Shown here in pieces: positions 26,583 through 36,427 of a DNA stretch of 64,000 bases. The notes under the pieces were generated by a model. That model searched no databases. It saw only the letters and a list, made by a program, of their open reading frames with translations, and was not told the DNA's origin. This DNA comes from Anaerolineae bacterium (lineage in GTDB: Bacteria > Chloroflexota > Anaerolineae > Epilineales > JAHCIE01): NCBI GenBank assembly GCA_046328525.1, contig JAXLWK010000004.1:212221-276220 (forward strand), given 5' to 3'. The position numbers were made by a program, and so were the translations under genes. Position 1 is the first letter of the stretch. Each line of letters starts with the position of its first letter.

Positions 26583-27491
26583 TCACGCGGACCGGACGGC
26601 CAGGGCTGCGGCGACTTCGGCAGCGACGCGGGCGTTGTTTTCCAGCAGCGCCCGGTTCGCCCGCTGGCTCGCCCCCTCCGTCAGCGCCGCGACGCGCTCC
26701 AGCAGGAACGGCGTTACCGCCCGGCCGCGCACGCCCTGTGCGTCGGCCGCGTCCAGCGCCTCGGCGATTGCCTTCTCGACCTCGGCCGACGGCTCGGCAA
26801 ACTCCTCCGGCACGGGCACGGTCAGCAGCGCGCCGCCCAGCCCCAGCCGCCGCTGCGCGCGCCAGAACGCGGCGACCTCGGCGGCGTTGGTGACGCGCTG
26901 GTCCACCGGCAGGCCGCTGTCGCGGCTGTAGAATGCCGGAAACTCGGTTGTTTGCCAGCCTAGCACCGGCACGCCGTGGGTTTCCAGCCACTCCAGCGTC
27001 AACGGCAGGTCCAGGATCGCCTTCGCACCCGCGCATACCACGAGCACCGGCGTCCGCGCCAGCTCCGGCAGGTCGGCGGACACGTCGAACGGGTGGCGGC
27101 GATGCACCCCACCGATGCCGCCGGTGGCGAACACAGCGATGCCGGCGCGGTGCGCCGCCCACATCGTCGCCGCCACGGTCGTCCCGCCGTCCTCGCCCCG
27201 CGCCACGGCCAGCCCCAGGTCGCGGCGGCTGACTTTGCGCGCCGCGCCGCCCTGCCGCGCCAGGCGCTCCAGCTCGGCATCGCTCAGGCCGACGCGGATC
27301 TCGCCGCCGAGCAGGGCGACCGTCGCCGGTGTCGCGCCGGCCTCGCGGACGACGCGCTCCATGGCCTGCGCCGTTTCCAGGTTCGCCGGCCAGGGCAGGC
27401 CGTGGGTGATGACGGTGGATTCGAGGGCGGCGACCGGCTCGCCGCGGCTGAGGGCGGCCGCCACGGCGACGGCGACGGTAATATCGGGCAT
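26583..27491 (-). CDS. psuG: Pseudouridine-5'-phosphate glycosidase (indigoidine synthase A-like)
   Basis: MPDITVAVAVAAALSRGEPVAALESTVITHGLPWPANLETA...VFATGGIGGVHR... Confidence 0.8.
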   Translation of the reverse strand: MPDITVAVAVAAALSRGEPVAALESTVITHGLPWPANLETAQAMERVVREAGATPATVALLGGEIRVGLSDAELERLARQGGAARKVSRRDLGLAVARGEDGGTTVAATMWAAHRAGIAVFATGGIGGVHRRHPFDVSADLPELARTPVLVVCAGAKAILDLPLTLEWLETHGVPVLGWQTTEFPAFYSRDSGLPVDQRVTNAAEVAAFWRAQRRLGLGGALLTVPVPEEFAEPSAEVEKAIAEALDAADAQGVRGRAVTPFLLERVAALTEGASQRANRALLENNARVAAEVAAALAVRSA

Positions 27492-27640
27492 TCCTGGCGC
27501 TCCTGTCACTTTGTGCTTTGGTCGCTTTCAATTATACCATAGGCGATGACGCGGCCCGTCGTATCCGAAAGCGGCGTTGCGCGTCATTGACAGTGACATT
27601 CGATTGCCATGCACCCGCTGTGGAGTTATTTGTGCCACCA

Positions 27641-30034
27641 TTCCGTTGGCTGGCCCTGGCCGGCGCCCTCTTGCTGACCTGTCTCATCGCCGCGCGGGCG
27701 GGGGCGGATGCCCCCATCGTGTGGAGCGTCACGACGAACGCCGACGAGGTGAACGCCCTCGCCGTCCAGGGCAACAGCCTGTGGGCGGCGACCGAGGGCG
27801 GCGTTGTGCGTTGGGACATCCCGACGCGCACCCCGACGGTGTACACCATTGACCACGGCCTGCCCTCGAACCAGGCCCGCTCCATCGCGGTGGATCCGGC
27901 GACGGGCTACGTCTGGGCTGGCACGATGGGCGGCATCGCCCGCTGGGATGGCGGCGCGTGGCGGTCGTGGAACCGCAGCAGCGGGCTGCTGGCAGACTAC
28001 GTGGACGGCGTCGGGATTGACGGCGCAGGCCACGTCTGGGCGACGACGAGCTACGGCGCGAGCGTGTGGGACGGCGCGACCTGGCAGCGGTACAGTACCA
28101 TGCAGGACGCCGTCGCCGCGCGGTACGGCGACGTGCGCGCGGCGACCGTGCCGACAACGATCTGGGCCGTCGAGGGCGGCAGCATCGTGTGGACGACGGT
28201 GGGCGAAGGCGACGGTGTGCATCGCTACGACGGGGCGGCGTGGTCCCAGTACGATAGCGGCACGACGCCAGCCATGCCGGCCAACCTCATAGACGCCGTG
28301 ACCGTGACGAGCGCGGGGGTGCGCTGGTTTGGCACGGCCGGCGGGGCAGCGCGCTGGCGGGCCGACGGCGATCCGCAGGTGCTTGGCGCGGACAAGCTAC
28401 CGGCCAGCCGCGTCCGCGCCGTCAACAGCGACGCCAGTGGCCGCGTCTGGCTGGCGGCGTATAGCTGCGCCGCGACGTGCGCCGGCGGCGTGGCGCGCGT
28501 GGACGACCGGGGTACGGCGGACGTGGGCGACGACCAGTGGCTGACGTTGGCGGCCAGCGCCGGCGGGCTGCCGAGCAGCGATGTGCGCGCCATTCTCAGC
28601 ACAGGCGACGGCGCGACGTGGTTCGCCACGGCCAACGGCGCCGCCCGCCTGAGCAGCGGCGACACGGCGTGGACGGCCTACACCGTCGGCGCGCTACCGT
28701 CCAACAAGGTCACGGCTCTGCTGCGCGTCACGCTGCCGGACAACTCGACGACCCTCTGGGCGGGCACCGATCGCGGTCTGGGGCGGCGGGGGCCGGACGG
28801 CCAGTGGAGCGTGTTCACCGGCCAGTCCGCGGCGCGTTTGCCGTCGGACAACGTCCGCGCCCTCCTGCTGTTGGGCGGCGATGTGTGGGTCGGGACGGGG
28901 GAGAACCGCAATGGGCAGGCGGTCGGTGGGCTGACGCGGCTGTCCTCGGCCGGGACGTGGGAGAACTACGGCGTGGACGGCCAGGGAACGCCGGGCAACG
29001 TGGTCGGCATGGCGGCGGTGTCGCAGACGCGCCTCTGGGCGGCGACCGAGGCGTCGGGGTCTTCGCCATCGCGCCTGGTGAGCCAGCAGAATGGCGGGTG
29101 GCTCGCGTGGGTAGACGGGCAAAACGCGACTCTCGGCAAGGTGCGCGGCGTCGCGGCCTACATTCCGCCGGCCGGCGGCACGCAGGTCTGGCTGGCGACC
29201 GAGTCCGGCGTGCGCATGTTGTACCGCTACGGCACGTCGAGCGATATTCACGAGGACTGGACCACGTTCACCAACGCCTCCACGGGCGGCGGCCTGCCAT
29301 CGGACTACGTCACCGCGATCGGTGTGGACGCCTACGGCAGCGTCTGGGTAGTAACGCCGCAAGGTGTCAGCATGCGGTCGTATGCCGCCCGGCCGACGGA
29401 GAGCCAGCGATGGACAACGTTCACGCCGGCGAACACAGGCGGCGGCCTCGCCAGCAGCGTCGTGCGCGCCATCGTCGTCGAAGGCTGGCAGGTCTGGTTC
29501 CTGCACGACAAGGGCGCGAGCCGCTACGATACCTACGCCCAACAGTGGCGCACCTTCAGCCGCCCGGTGGACAGCGCGACGATGAACACCCTCAGCACGG
29601 CGCGCGAGACGCTGTGCAGCCGCTGGTTTGGGACGAGCAGCGGGCTGCAATACGTGGCGTTCGACGACTGCGCGGTCGTGGAGCCGACCATGACGCCGCA
29701 GCCCAGCCCGACCCTCACCCTGACCCCCAGCCCGACCCTCACCCCGACGCTCACCCCTAGCCCGTCGCCCACGGCGAGTCCGACGGCGACGACGCCGCCC
29801 ACGAAGACACCGACCGCGACCCGAACGCCGACGCTGACCCTCACCCCGACCCTCACCCCCAGCCCCTCTCCCACAGGGGGCGAGGGGGGTACGCCGACGC
29901 CGACGCTCACCCCGACCCTCACCCCCAGCCCCTCTCCCACAAGGGGCGAGGGGGGTACGCCGACGCCGCGCGTCTACCAGGTGTTCCTGCCCTACCTGGA
30001 ACGCCAGGTCAAGCTGCCGCCAGTGCTGCCGTAG
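27641..30034 (+). CDS. Secreted two-component-regulator-propeller (Reg_prop/Y_Y_Y-like) beta-propeller protein with a Pro/Thr-rich C-terminal linker containing two in-frame copies of a REP-like element
   Basis: Probable GTG start with signal peptide VPPFRWLALAGALLLTCLIAARAGA. Repeats of GLPSN.VR.I..D..G.VW.GT..G..RWDG..W. Tail TPSPTLTPTLTPSPSPTGGEGGTPTPTLTPTLTPSPSPTRGEGGTPTPRVYQVF. Confidence 0.7.
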   Translation, partial: FRWLALAGALLLTCLIAARAGADAPIVWSVTTNADEVNALAVQGNSLWAATEGGVVRWDIPTRTPTVYTIDHGLPSNQARSIAVDPATGYVWAGTMGGIARWDGGAWRSWNRSSGLLADYVDGVGIDGAGHVWATTSYGASVWDGATWQRYSTMQDAVAARYGDVRAATVPTTIWAVEGGSIVWTTVGEGDGVHRYDGAAWSQYDSGTTPAMPANLIDAVTVTSAGVRWFGTAGGAARWRADGDPQVLGADKLPASRVRAVNSDASGRVWLAAYSCAATCAGGVARVDDRGTADVGDDQWLTLAASAGGLPSSDVRAILSTGDGATWFATANGAARLSSGDTAWTAYTVGALPSNKVTALLRVTLPDNSTTLWAGTDRGLGRRGPDGQWSVFTGQSAARLPSDNVRALLLLGGDVWVGTGENRNGQAVGGLTRLSSAGTWENYGVDGQGTPGNVVGMAAVSQTRLWAATEASGSSPSRLVSQQNGGWLAWVDGQNATLGKVRGVAAYIPPAGGTQVWLATESGVRMLYRYGTSSDIHEDWTTFTNASTGGGLPSDYVTAIGVDAYGSVWVVTPQGVSMRSYAARPTESQRWTTFTPANTGGGLASSVVRAIVVEGWQVWFLHDKGASRYDTYAQQWRTFSRPVDSATMNTLSTARETLCSRWFGTSSGLQYVAFDDCAVVEPTMTPQPSPTLTLTPSPTLTPTLTPSPSPTASPTATTPPTKTPTATRTPTLTLTPTLTPSPSPTGGEGGTPTPTLTPTLTPSPSPTRGEGGTPTPRVYQVFLPYLERQVKLPPVLP

Positions 30035-30244
30035 GGCTGTTGCACCTATGATGGAAGACATGTAGTGGCGACTTCCAGTCGCTCTTGCGCTCGCAGAACG
30101 ACTAAAGTCGTCACGACAAGACGCACACCGCCTGTGTACCAGACCCGTCGTCTGCGACTTTCATTTGACCGTTGGTGAATCCAAGTGCATGGCGGACTTT
30201 CGCGTTTTTCGCGCGCTTTCGCGGTCCTGGCTCCCAGCAAAAAA

Positions 30245-30280
30245 GCACCGCACCCCGCCGGATCCGGCGGGGTGCGGTGC
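30245..30280. terminator. Perfect palindromic hairpin between convergent genes (bidirectional terminator candidate)
   Basis: gcaccgcaccccgccggatccggcggggtgcggtgc preceded by aaaaaa. Confidence 0.5.
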
Positions 30281-30367
30281 TGTCTATGCCTTGTCTGGCC
30301 CAAGATGCCGACTGAAGTCGGCGCTACAGGGCGGCGCGCCGGGGCGCGTCTCGACTCAGCGCATCCC

Positions 30368-31282
30368 TCAGTCGTGCTCGTGCTCCACGACGATGATGCG
30401 GGCGTTGACCTGCATCTGTGGCGACGCGCTGCTCGGATTGTACGTCCCGACCACGCGCACGCGCAGGTTCTCGGCGAGCTTCGCGTCCTTCGGCAGGATC
30501 ACCGCGCCGTGGTAGTGGACGATGGCCGTCTTAGCGCCGTCGTCGTAGCTCAGCGTGAAGGTCTCGTTCGTCGTATCCACGGCTCCCGCGATTTTGCCGT
30601 CCTCGTTGAAGAGGCGGGTGGTCGGCGGCGGGGGCGGCGGGGGGGCGCGGCGCACAACCTGGACGACATACGCCGGGTTGATCGCGCTGGGCGCCGGGTG
30701 ATCGTTATCCTCGGCCGCCGGCTTGGGCTTGGCCCACACGCTCACCCAGTCGCCCACCTTGATGTCGGCGAACGTCGGCGGGGTGTTGCTCGACTGCGGC
30801 ACGCGGAAGATGGTGCTGTTGTCCGTGGTGACCGCGGCCCCGTGCTCCTCCGAGCGGATCACGAACGTGGTGGTCGTCGGATATACCGCCGTCACCCGGC
30901 CCATCGCCGCCGGAACCGGCGGGACGACGGTCACCATGTCGGCGAGCCAGGTGTCGCTGTCGCTCGCCTTGTGGGCGTCCACCTCGACCCGCATGCCCGT
31001 CTTGAGATCGGTGAACTTGGCGTCGAGGTTGTCGTAGATGAAGTACTTGGTCTTGTCATCCACCGAGAACGTCCGCTCCGGACTTCCGGCGCGCTCCATG
31101 AGCGGCTGGATCGTGAAAGTGTGGGGGGTGGCTGTGCCGTCAATGCTCTTGATCGTGCCGATAGCGTGCATGCCCCGGTTGGGGTGATCGCCGGTGTCGG
31201 CCCACGCGACCGCGCCTAGCGCGGCGACGGCGGCGAAAGCCGCCAGCATGAACGCCACAGTCAGTCGTCGGATGTTGTGCAT
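30368..31282 (-). CDS. Secreted DUF5666-repeat protein
   Basis: Signal peptide MHNIRRLTVAFMLAAFAAVAALGAVAWA. Repeated ~70-aa modules (GTIKSIDGTATPHTFTIQ..., GRVTAVYPTTTTFVIRSEE..., GAVDTTNETFTLSYDDGA...). Confidence 0.55.
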   Translation of the reverse strand: MHNIRRLTVAFMLAAFAAVAALGAVAWADTGDHPNRGMHAIGTIKSIDGTATPHTFTIQPLMERAGSPERTFSVDDKTKYFIYDNLDAKFTDLKTGMRVEVDAHKASDSDTWLADMVTVVPPVPAAMGRVTAVYPTTTTFVIRSEEHGAAVTTDNSTIFRVPQSSNTPPTFADIKVGDWVSVWAKPKPAAEDNDHPAPSAINPAYVVQVVRRAPPPPPPPTTRLFNEDGKIAGAVDTTNETFTLSYDDGAKTAIVHYHGAVILPKDAKLAENLRVRVVGTYNPSSASPQMQVNARIIVVEHEHD

Positions 31283-31560
31283 TGTTCGCCTATCTCCTTG
31301 TCGCAAGTGTGTACTGTCACCAAAAGCGGCTGAGCGTGTCCCCCGTGCGCGTGGCGAGGCATCGGCCGTCTGCCGCGCCGCGCGTACACCTTGAAAGACG
31401 CCGGGGCGTGGGCGGAAGATATGCCCGAAATTGTAAAAAGGTTGTAAACCGGGGACGCCGCCTGGAATTGCTGCTGACGGGAGCCGAGAGTAAAATTTCA
31501 AATACATCCCTGTCGGCTTCCCTCCCTTCCTGGACGAGGGCGAGGGTGAGGGTCTGCTCC

Positions 31561-32655
31561 GTGATCAACTGGAAGTACGCTCGCCGCTTCGACTGGCTCC
31601 TGCTCGTGACGGCCGTGGCGCTAATGGCCTTCGGCATCTTCATGATTCGCGGCGTCGAGATGACCGCCATCTACGAGGCGCGCACCGTGCGCCAGAGCGC
31701 CTATGCCGCGCTAGGGCTGGTCGTGTTCATCGCGGCGGTTTGGATAGACTATCGCATCTGGGCCAGGCTGTGGAAGGTCATCTACATCGGTCTGCTGGGC
31801 CTGCTGGGCGCGGTGCTGGTCGCCGGCAGCGCCTTCGGCGGCGCGCGCAGCTCCTTCGACCTGAAGCTGTTCCGCGTCGAGCCGTCGGAGATGGCGAAGG
31901 TGCTGCTGGTCATCGTCCTGGCGAGCTACATGTCGAGCCACGACATGCGCCAGGTGCGGCATTTGCTGATTACCCTGGGCATGACCGTCGTCGTCATGGG
32001 GCTGATCTTCGTCGAGCCGAACCTGGGCGGCGCCCTGCTCCTCGCGCCCATCTGGCTCGTCATGGCGTTCGTCGCCGGGATGCGCGTCTGGCACGCCGCG
32101 ACCCTCGGCCTCGCCGCCGTCGCCGCCATCCCCATCAGCCTGCGCTTCCTGGAGGGCTACCAGCTCGACCGCATCATCACCTTCCTGGACCCCAGCAGCG
32201 ACGCCTCCGGCAAGGGCTACAACACCATTCAGGCGCTCATCGCCATCGGGTCGGGCGGCTGGACGGGCCAGGGCTACGGCCAGGGCCTCCAGAGCCAGCT
32301 GCACTACCTGCGCCAGCCGTACACCGACTACATGTTCTCGGTGATGGCCGAGGAGCTGGGGTTTGTCGGCGTGAGCCTCTTCATCATCGTCGTCACCCTG
32401 CTCCTGCTCCGGCTCATCCGCGCCAGCAGCATCGCCACGGATGACTTCGGGCGGCTGCTCGCGGTGGGCATCGCGTTCAACATTTTCTTGCAGACCGCGC
32501 TCCACATCGCCGTCAACCTGAACCTGGTGCCGACGACGGGGGAGCCGCTCCCATTCATCTCCTTTGGCGGCAGCTCGCTGGTAACCTTCATGTTCGGTCT
32601 CGGCATTGTCGAGAGCGTCGTGATGCGCCGCAAGATGCTGGAATTCGACTGGTGA
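31561..32655 (+). CDS. FtsW/RodA/SpoVE (SEDS) family peptidoglycan polymerase
   Basis: Likely GTG start (VINWKYARRFDWLLLVTAVALMAFGIF...). ...QPSEMAKVLLVIVLASYM..., ...GGWTGQGYGQGLQ...LPFISFGGSSLV... Confidence 0.75.
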   Translation: MINWKYARRFDWLLLVTAVALMAFGIFMIRGVEMTAIYEARTVRQSAYAALGLVVFIAAVWIDYRIWARLWKVIYIGLLGLLGAVLVAGSAFGGARSSFDLKLFRVEPSEMAKVLLVIVLASYMSSHDMRQVRHLLITLGMTVVVMGLIFVEPNLGGALLLAPIWLVMAFVAGMRVWHAATLGLAAVAAIPISLRFLEGYQLDRIITFLDPSSDASGKGYNTIQALIAIGSGGWTGQGYGQGLQSQLHYLRQPYTDYMFSVMAEELGFVGVSLFIIVVTLLLLRLIRASSIATDDFGRLLAVGIAFNIFLQTALHIAVNLNLVPTTGEPLPFISFGGSSLVTFMFGLGIVESVVMRRKMLEFDW

Positions 32656-32658
32656 CCC

Positions 32659-34140
32659 ATGACCAACCCACCTGTTAGCCCCTTCCGGGGGCGCGTCGCC
32701 CCGAGTCCGACCGGCTTCCTGCACATCGCCGTCGCCCGCGCGGCCTTGTACAACTGGCTGAGCGCCCGCAAGCTCGGCGGCCAGTTCATCCTCCGCATCG
32801 AGGACACCGACCGCACGCGCTACGTCGAGGGCAGCCTGGATAACATCAAGAGCGGCCTGCGCTGGCTCGGGCTGGAGTGGGACGAAGGCCCGGACGTCGG
32901 CGGCCCCTACGGCCCGTATGTCCAGTCGGAGCGCCTGCCCATCTACCACGCCTACATCCAGACGCTGCTCGACAGCGGCCACGCCTACGAGACGTACTAC
33001 TCGAAGGACGAGCTGGACGCCATCCGCGACGCGGTGGGCGAGGCCGACCCGGTCGCGTTCAACCGCCGCGTCCGCTCGATGCCAGAGGAGGAGAAGGCGC
33101 GGCGGCGCGAGGCCGGGGTGCGGCCCGCCGTCCTGTTCAAGATGCCGGAAGAGGGGGAGACGGTCGTCTACGACGAGATTCGCGGCGAGATCCGCTTCCC
33201 CAACAAGTCGCTGCGCGACCCCGTGCTGCTCAAGTCCGACGGCTTCCCGACGTACCACTTCGCGGCGATGGTGGACGATGGGCTGATGCGCATCACCGAC
33301 GTGCTGCGCGGCGTCGAGTGGCTGCCGAGCCTGCCGCTCCACGTCCAGGTCATCCAGGCCCTCGGCTGGGAGACGCCGCGCTTCTACCACCTGTCCCTAT
33401 TCCTCGACCCGTCGGGCAAGGGCAAGATGAGCAAGCGCAAGGGGTCGAACGAGTATCCCATCTTCGTGCATCAGCTCCGCGAGATGGGCTACCTGCCGGA
33501 GGCGCTGCTCAACTGGATCGCGCTCATGGGCTGGGCCGAGACCAGCGGCGACCGCGAGATCTACACCGTGCCGGAGCTGATCGAGGCGTTCGACCTGCGC
33601 CGCGTCCGCGCCGCGCCCGCCGCCGTGGACTACGACAAGGCCGAGTGGCTCAACGGCGTCCACATCCGCATGCTCGCGCCGGACGACCTGGCGCGGCGGA
33701 TCGCGCCGTTCATGGCGGCGGCCGGGTTCGACGTGACCGCCGAGCAGATCGAGCCGATGGTTCCGCTGATCCAGGAGCGCATGGCGAACCTGACCGAGGC
33801 CGTGGAGCTGCTGGACTTCTTCTTCGTGACGCCGCCCGCGCCCGAAGGGGCCGAACTGACGCCGAAGAAGCTCACGCCCGCCGACGCGGCGGGGGAGCTT
33901 GAGGCAGCGCGGGAAGTGCTGGCGGGGCTGGAGCCGTTCGACGCGGCGAGCATCGAGGCGGCGCTGCGGGGGATGGCCGAGGCGCGGGGCATCAAGCCCG
34001 GCGACCTGTTCACGATTCTGCGGGTGGCGCTGAGCAGCAAGCGCGTCGCGCCGCCGCTGTTCGGGACCATCGCGTGCCTGGGCCGCGAGACGACGCTGGC
34101 GCGCATAGACCGCGCCCTGGGCATCCTGCAACCGGCGTAA
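32659..34140 (+). CDS. gltX: Glutamate--tRNA ligase
   Basis: MTNPPVSPFRGRVAPSPTGFLHIAVARAALYNWL...RIEDTDRTR... (HIGH-type motif; the KMSKRK motif is present). Confidence 0.9.
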   Translation: MTNPPVSPFRGRVAPSPTGFLHIAVARAALYNWLSARKLGGQFILRIEDTDRTRYVEGSLDNIKSGLRWLGLEWDEGPDVGGPYGPYVQSERLPIYHAYIQTLLDSGHAYETYYSKDELDAIRDAVGEADPVAFNRRVRSMPEEEKARRREAGVRPAVLFKMPEEGETVVYDEIRGEIRFPNKSLRDPVLLKSDGFPTYHFAAMVDDGLMRITDVLRGVEWLPSLPLHVQVIQALGWETPRFYHLSLFLDPSGKGKMSKRKGSNEYPIFVHQLREMGYLPEALLNWIALMGWAETSGDREIYTVPELIEAFDLRRVRAAPAAVDYDKAEWLNGVHIRMLAPDDLARRIAPFMAAAGFDVTAEQIEPMVPLIQERMANLTEAVELLDFFFVTPPAPEGAELTPKKLTPADAAGELEAAREVLAGLEPFDAASIEAALRGMAEARGIKPGDLFTILRVALSSKRVAPPLFGTIACLGRETTLARIDRALGILQPA

Positions 34141-34169
34141 CACCCATTGGTTGTCAGGAGAGTGCTACA

Positions 34170-34382
34170 ATGATATCCAGAGAGTTACTCGATCAACTTG
34201 GCGAACTGAACCGCGCCGACAAGCTGCACATCATTCAGGTGCTGGTGTCTCAACTGGCGCAGGAAGAGGCCGAACTTCTCAAGCCAGGCGCAGTCTATCC
34301 GATTTGGTCTCCCTATGACTCCTATGGTGCGGCGCGAATACTGTTGGACACGCTGAAAGCCGCCGCTCCCGTCGGCGACTAG
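34170..34382 (+). CDS. Small protein (70 aa) resembling DUF2281/Unstab_antitox-type antitoxin components
   Basis: SD AGGAGAG. MISRELLDQLGELNRADKLHIIQVLVSQLAQEEAELLKPG... fits the M...eLl..L..L.......l...l..L...e pattern of those families. No cognate toxin gene follows. Confidence 0.3.
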   Translation: MISRELLDQLGELNRADKLHIIQVLVSQLAQEEAELLKPGAVYPIWSPYDSYGAARILLDTLKAAAPVGD

Positions 34383-34397
34383 CTGGTAGGGATAGCC

Positions 34398-34506
34398 CAT
34401 GTGGGTACCCAGGCAGACAACCCCACTCAGGGCGACCACAAGGATCGCCCCTATGGGTACCCAGGCAGACAACCCCACTCAGGGCGACCACAAGGATCGC
34501 CCCTAC
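34398..34506. repeat. Perfect tandem duplication, 2 x 54 bp
   Basis: atgtgggtacccaggcagacaaccccactcagggcgaccacaaggatcgcccct repeated twice. Confidence 0.85.
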
Positions 34507-34526
34507 TCACTCACTAGGAGTGTACC

Positions 34527-34949
34527 TCCGTGTCCGCCTCAACTATCCATATTCTCGTCGGCGCGGTGCTCCTGATTCACGGCCTGGGCCACATTGGGGC
34601 GCTCGCGGCGCTCTCCTTCACCGGCCGAGGGCGTGACACAGGCGGCTGGCGGCCGGCGCGCTCGTGGCTGCTCCCGTCGCTCGCGCCCGTCGCGGCGCGC
34701 GCCGTCGCCAGCGTCTTCTGGGTCCTGTCGGCCGTCGGGTTCGTCGCGGCGGCGCTGGCATTCTGGGGCATCCTTCTGCCGACCACGTTGTGGCAGCCGC
34801 TGGCTGTGGTCTTCGCCATCATCTCCACCGTTGGCATCGTGCTGTTCCTCGGCACGTGGCCGGTGTTTAACACCGTCGCCGCACTCGCGGTGAACATCGC
34901 TGTGTTCGTGTGCGTCCTCTGGCTGCACTGGCCGCCGCCGACCTCGTGA
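34527..34949 (+). CDS. Small integral membrane protein (4 predicted TM helices), unknown function
   Basis: GTG start after SD AGGAGTG. VSASTIHILVGAVLLIHGLGHIGALAAL... is hydrophobic throughout. Confidence 0.4.
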   Translation, partial: SVSASTIHILVGAVLLIHGLGHIGALAALSFTGRGRDTGGWRPARSWLLPSLAPVAARAVASVFWVLSAVGFVAAALAFWGILLPTTLWQPLAVVFAIISTVGIVLFLGTWPVFNTVAALAVNIAVFVCVLWLHWPPPTS

Positions 34950-35096
34950 CTCGAGAGTAACTCTCTACCCGCTCTTGGAGCTAACACTTGGCGTCGGGGT
35001 TTTCGGGGAGCGATGCGAAGTACTCCATAAGGGAGTTCCTCATGGACGTGTGTCCACCAGCAGACGGATGAAAATCGCTGTCAGCCCGAACGCCAG

Positions 35097-35207
35097 GTCC
35101 GCCCGCCGCTGAAGCAGCGGGCTACGAATGGAAGCCTGAGAGGCTGCCGCTCCGGCTTCCCCAGCCCCTTGGGCTTCCATCCTTAGCCGTAGGCTTGAGC
35201 CTACGGC
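35097..35207. repeat. Family A dispersed repeat (reverse orientation)
   Basis: gcccgccgctgaagcagcgggctacgaatggaagcctgagaggct...ccttagccgtaggcttgagcctacggcg. Confidence 0.8.
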
Positions 35208-35280
35208 GACCGGCGACGAGGCGGCCCAGGGTTATTTTCAAGGGAGGGCCGGCGGGTAACTCCGCATCCATTTGAGCCTG

Positions 35281-35420
35281 TAGCGCCGACTGAAGTCGGC
35301 TCCGAGGAAATGCCGACTGAAGTCGGCGCTACCGTTCCACGCTGTTGCGTGGAGCTACCAAACGCTCTGCGCCTTTCGCGTTTTTCGTGGGCTTTCGTGA
35401 CCTTCGCGGTCCAAAGTCCG
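35281..35420. repeat. Family B repeat (cgccgactgaagtcggcg ... ttcgcgtttttcg)
   Basis: Shares atgccgactgaagtcggcgctac and ctttcgcgtttttcgtg...ttcgcggtcc blocks with 30170-30360 and 36285-36420. Confidence 0.7.
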
Positions 35421-35421
35421 C

Positions 35422-36216
35422 TCAGTACGGGCCGGTGGGGCCGCCGCCGTTCTTGCCCGTTCCCTTCGTTGCCTCGACGGCGGCCCGGGCGGCGTTCGCC
35501 AGCAATCCCCCGTCACTCAGAATCGTGACGAACTGAAACCCCTTCTCGATCATCTGCCGCGCGTATGAGGGGGCAGCGCAGTGGATGCCGGCGGCGACGT
35601 TGTGGCGCTTGGCGGCGGCAATGATGCGGTCGAGCTTGTCCACCATGAACGGCTCGGTGACATCAATGCGCGGCGGGTAGCCGTAGCTCTGGCTGAGGTC
35701 GGCCGGGCCGACGTACAGCGCGTCCACGCCCTCGACGCTGAGAATCTCGTCAATGTTCTCCACCGCCTGCTCTGTCTCGATCATCGGCATGGTGATGATC
35801 GTGTCGTTGGCGCGGGCGGAGTAGTCGTCGCCCGCGTAGAGGCGCGCGCGCGTCGGGCCGTGGCTGCGGTAGCCGCGCGGGTGGTAGCGGCACGCGCCGA
35901 CGAACGCCTCCGCCTCCGCGCGGCTGTTCACCATGGGGCAGATGATGCCGTAGCACCCGGCGTCGAGCATCTTCATGATGATGCCCGGCTCGTTCCACGG
36001 CACGCGGGCGAACGGGGTGACGTTGGTCGCCGACATGGCCTGGAGCATGGCGACGGCGGCCTGGTAGTCCACTGGGCCGTGCTGGAGGTCAATGGTCAGG
36101 CTGTCCCAGCCGGTCTGGGACATGGTCTCGGCGGCGAAGGTCGAGGGGATGTGGAGCCAGCCGTTGACGACCGCGCCCCCTTGCTGCCAGATAGTGCGAA
36201 CACGATTCTCACGCAT
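35422..36216 (-). CDS. HpcH/HpaI-family aldolase (2-keto-3-deoxy-sugar acid aldolase)
   Basis: MRENRVRTIWQQGGAVVNGWLHIPSTFAAETMSQTGWDSLTIDLQHG...IMPMIETEQAVENIDEI... Confidence 0.8.
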   Translation of the reverse strand: MRENRVRTIWQQGGAVVNGWLHIPSTFAAETMSQTGWDSLTIDLQHGPVDYQAAVAMLQAMSATNVTPFARVPWNEPGIIMKMLDAGCYGIICPMVNSRAEAEAFVGACRYHPRGYRSHGPTRARLYAGDDYSARANDTIITMPMIETEQAVENIDEILSVEGVDALYVGPADLSQSYGYPPRIDVTEPFMVDKLDRIIAAAKRHNVAAGIHCAAPSYARQMIEKGFQFVTILSDGGLLANAARAAVEATKGTGKNGGGPTGPY

Positions 36217-36284
36217 GCGATTGCCTTTCAGTGAATGATGTGGCCCTGACTGATTTGACAAGTGTAGGAGTTACGCAGTTGGGG

Positions 36285-36420
36285 AGGGCATTGGACCACG
36301 AACGGCACGAAACGGGCGCGAACGGCACGAAAAAGAGCCGTGGGGCGCGTCCCTTTCGCGTTTTTCGTGCGATTTCGTGCCCTTCGTGGTCCAATGCCCT
36401 CCCCAACTGCGTAACTCCTA
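36285..36420. repeat. Family B repeat copy
   Basis: ggaccacgaacggcacgaaa...ccctttcgcgtttttcgtgcgatttcgtgcccttcgtggtcc (internal inverted symmetry). Confidence 0.65.
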
Positions 36421-36427
36421 AAGTGTA

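Noticed and set aside
34185-34478. 97-aa minus-strand ORF spanning the tandem 54-bp repeat
   Set aside because: It is antisense to the small SD-preceded plus-strand gene and is generated largely by the duplicated repeat. No start signals.
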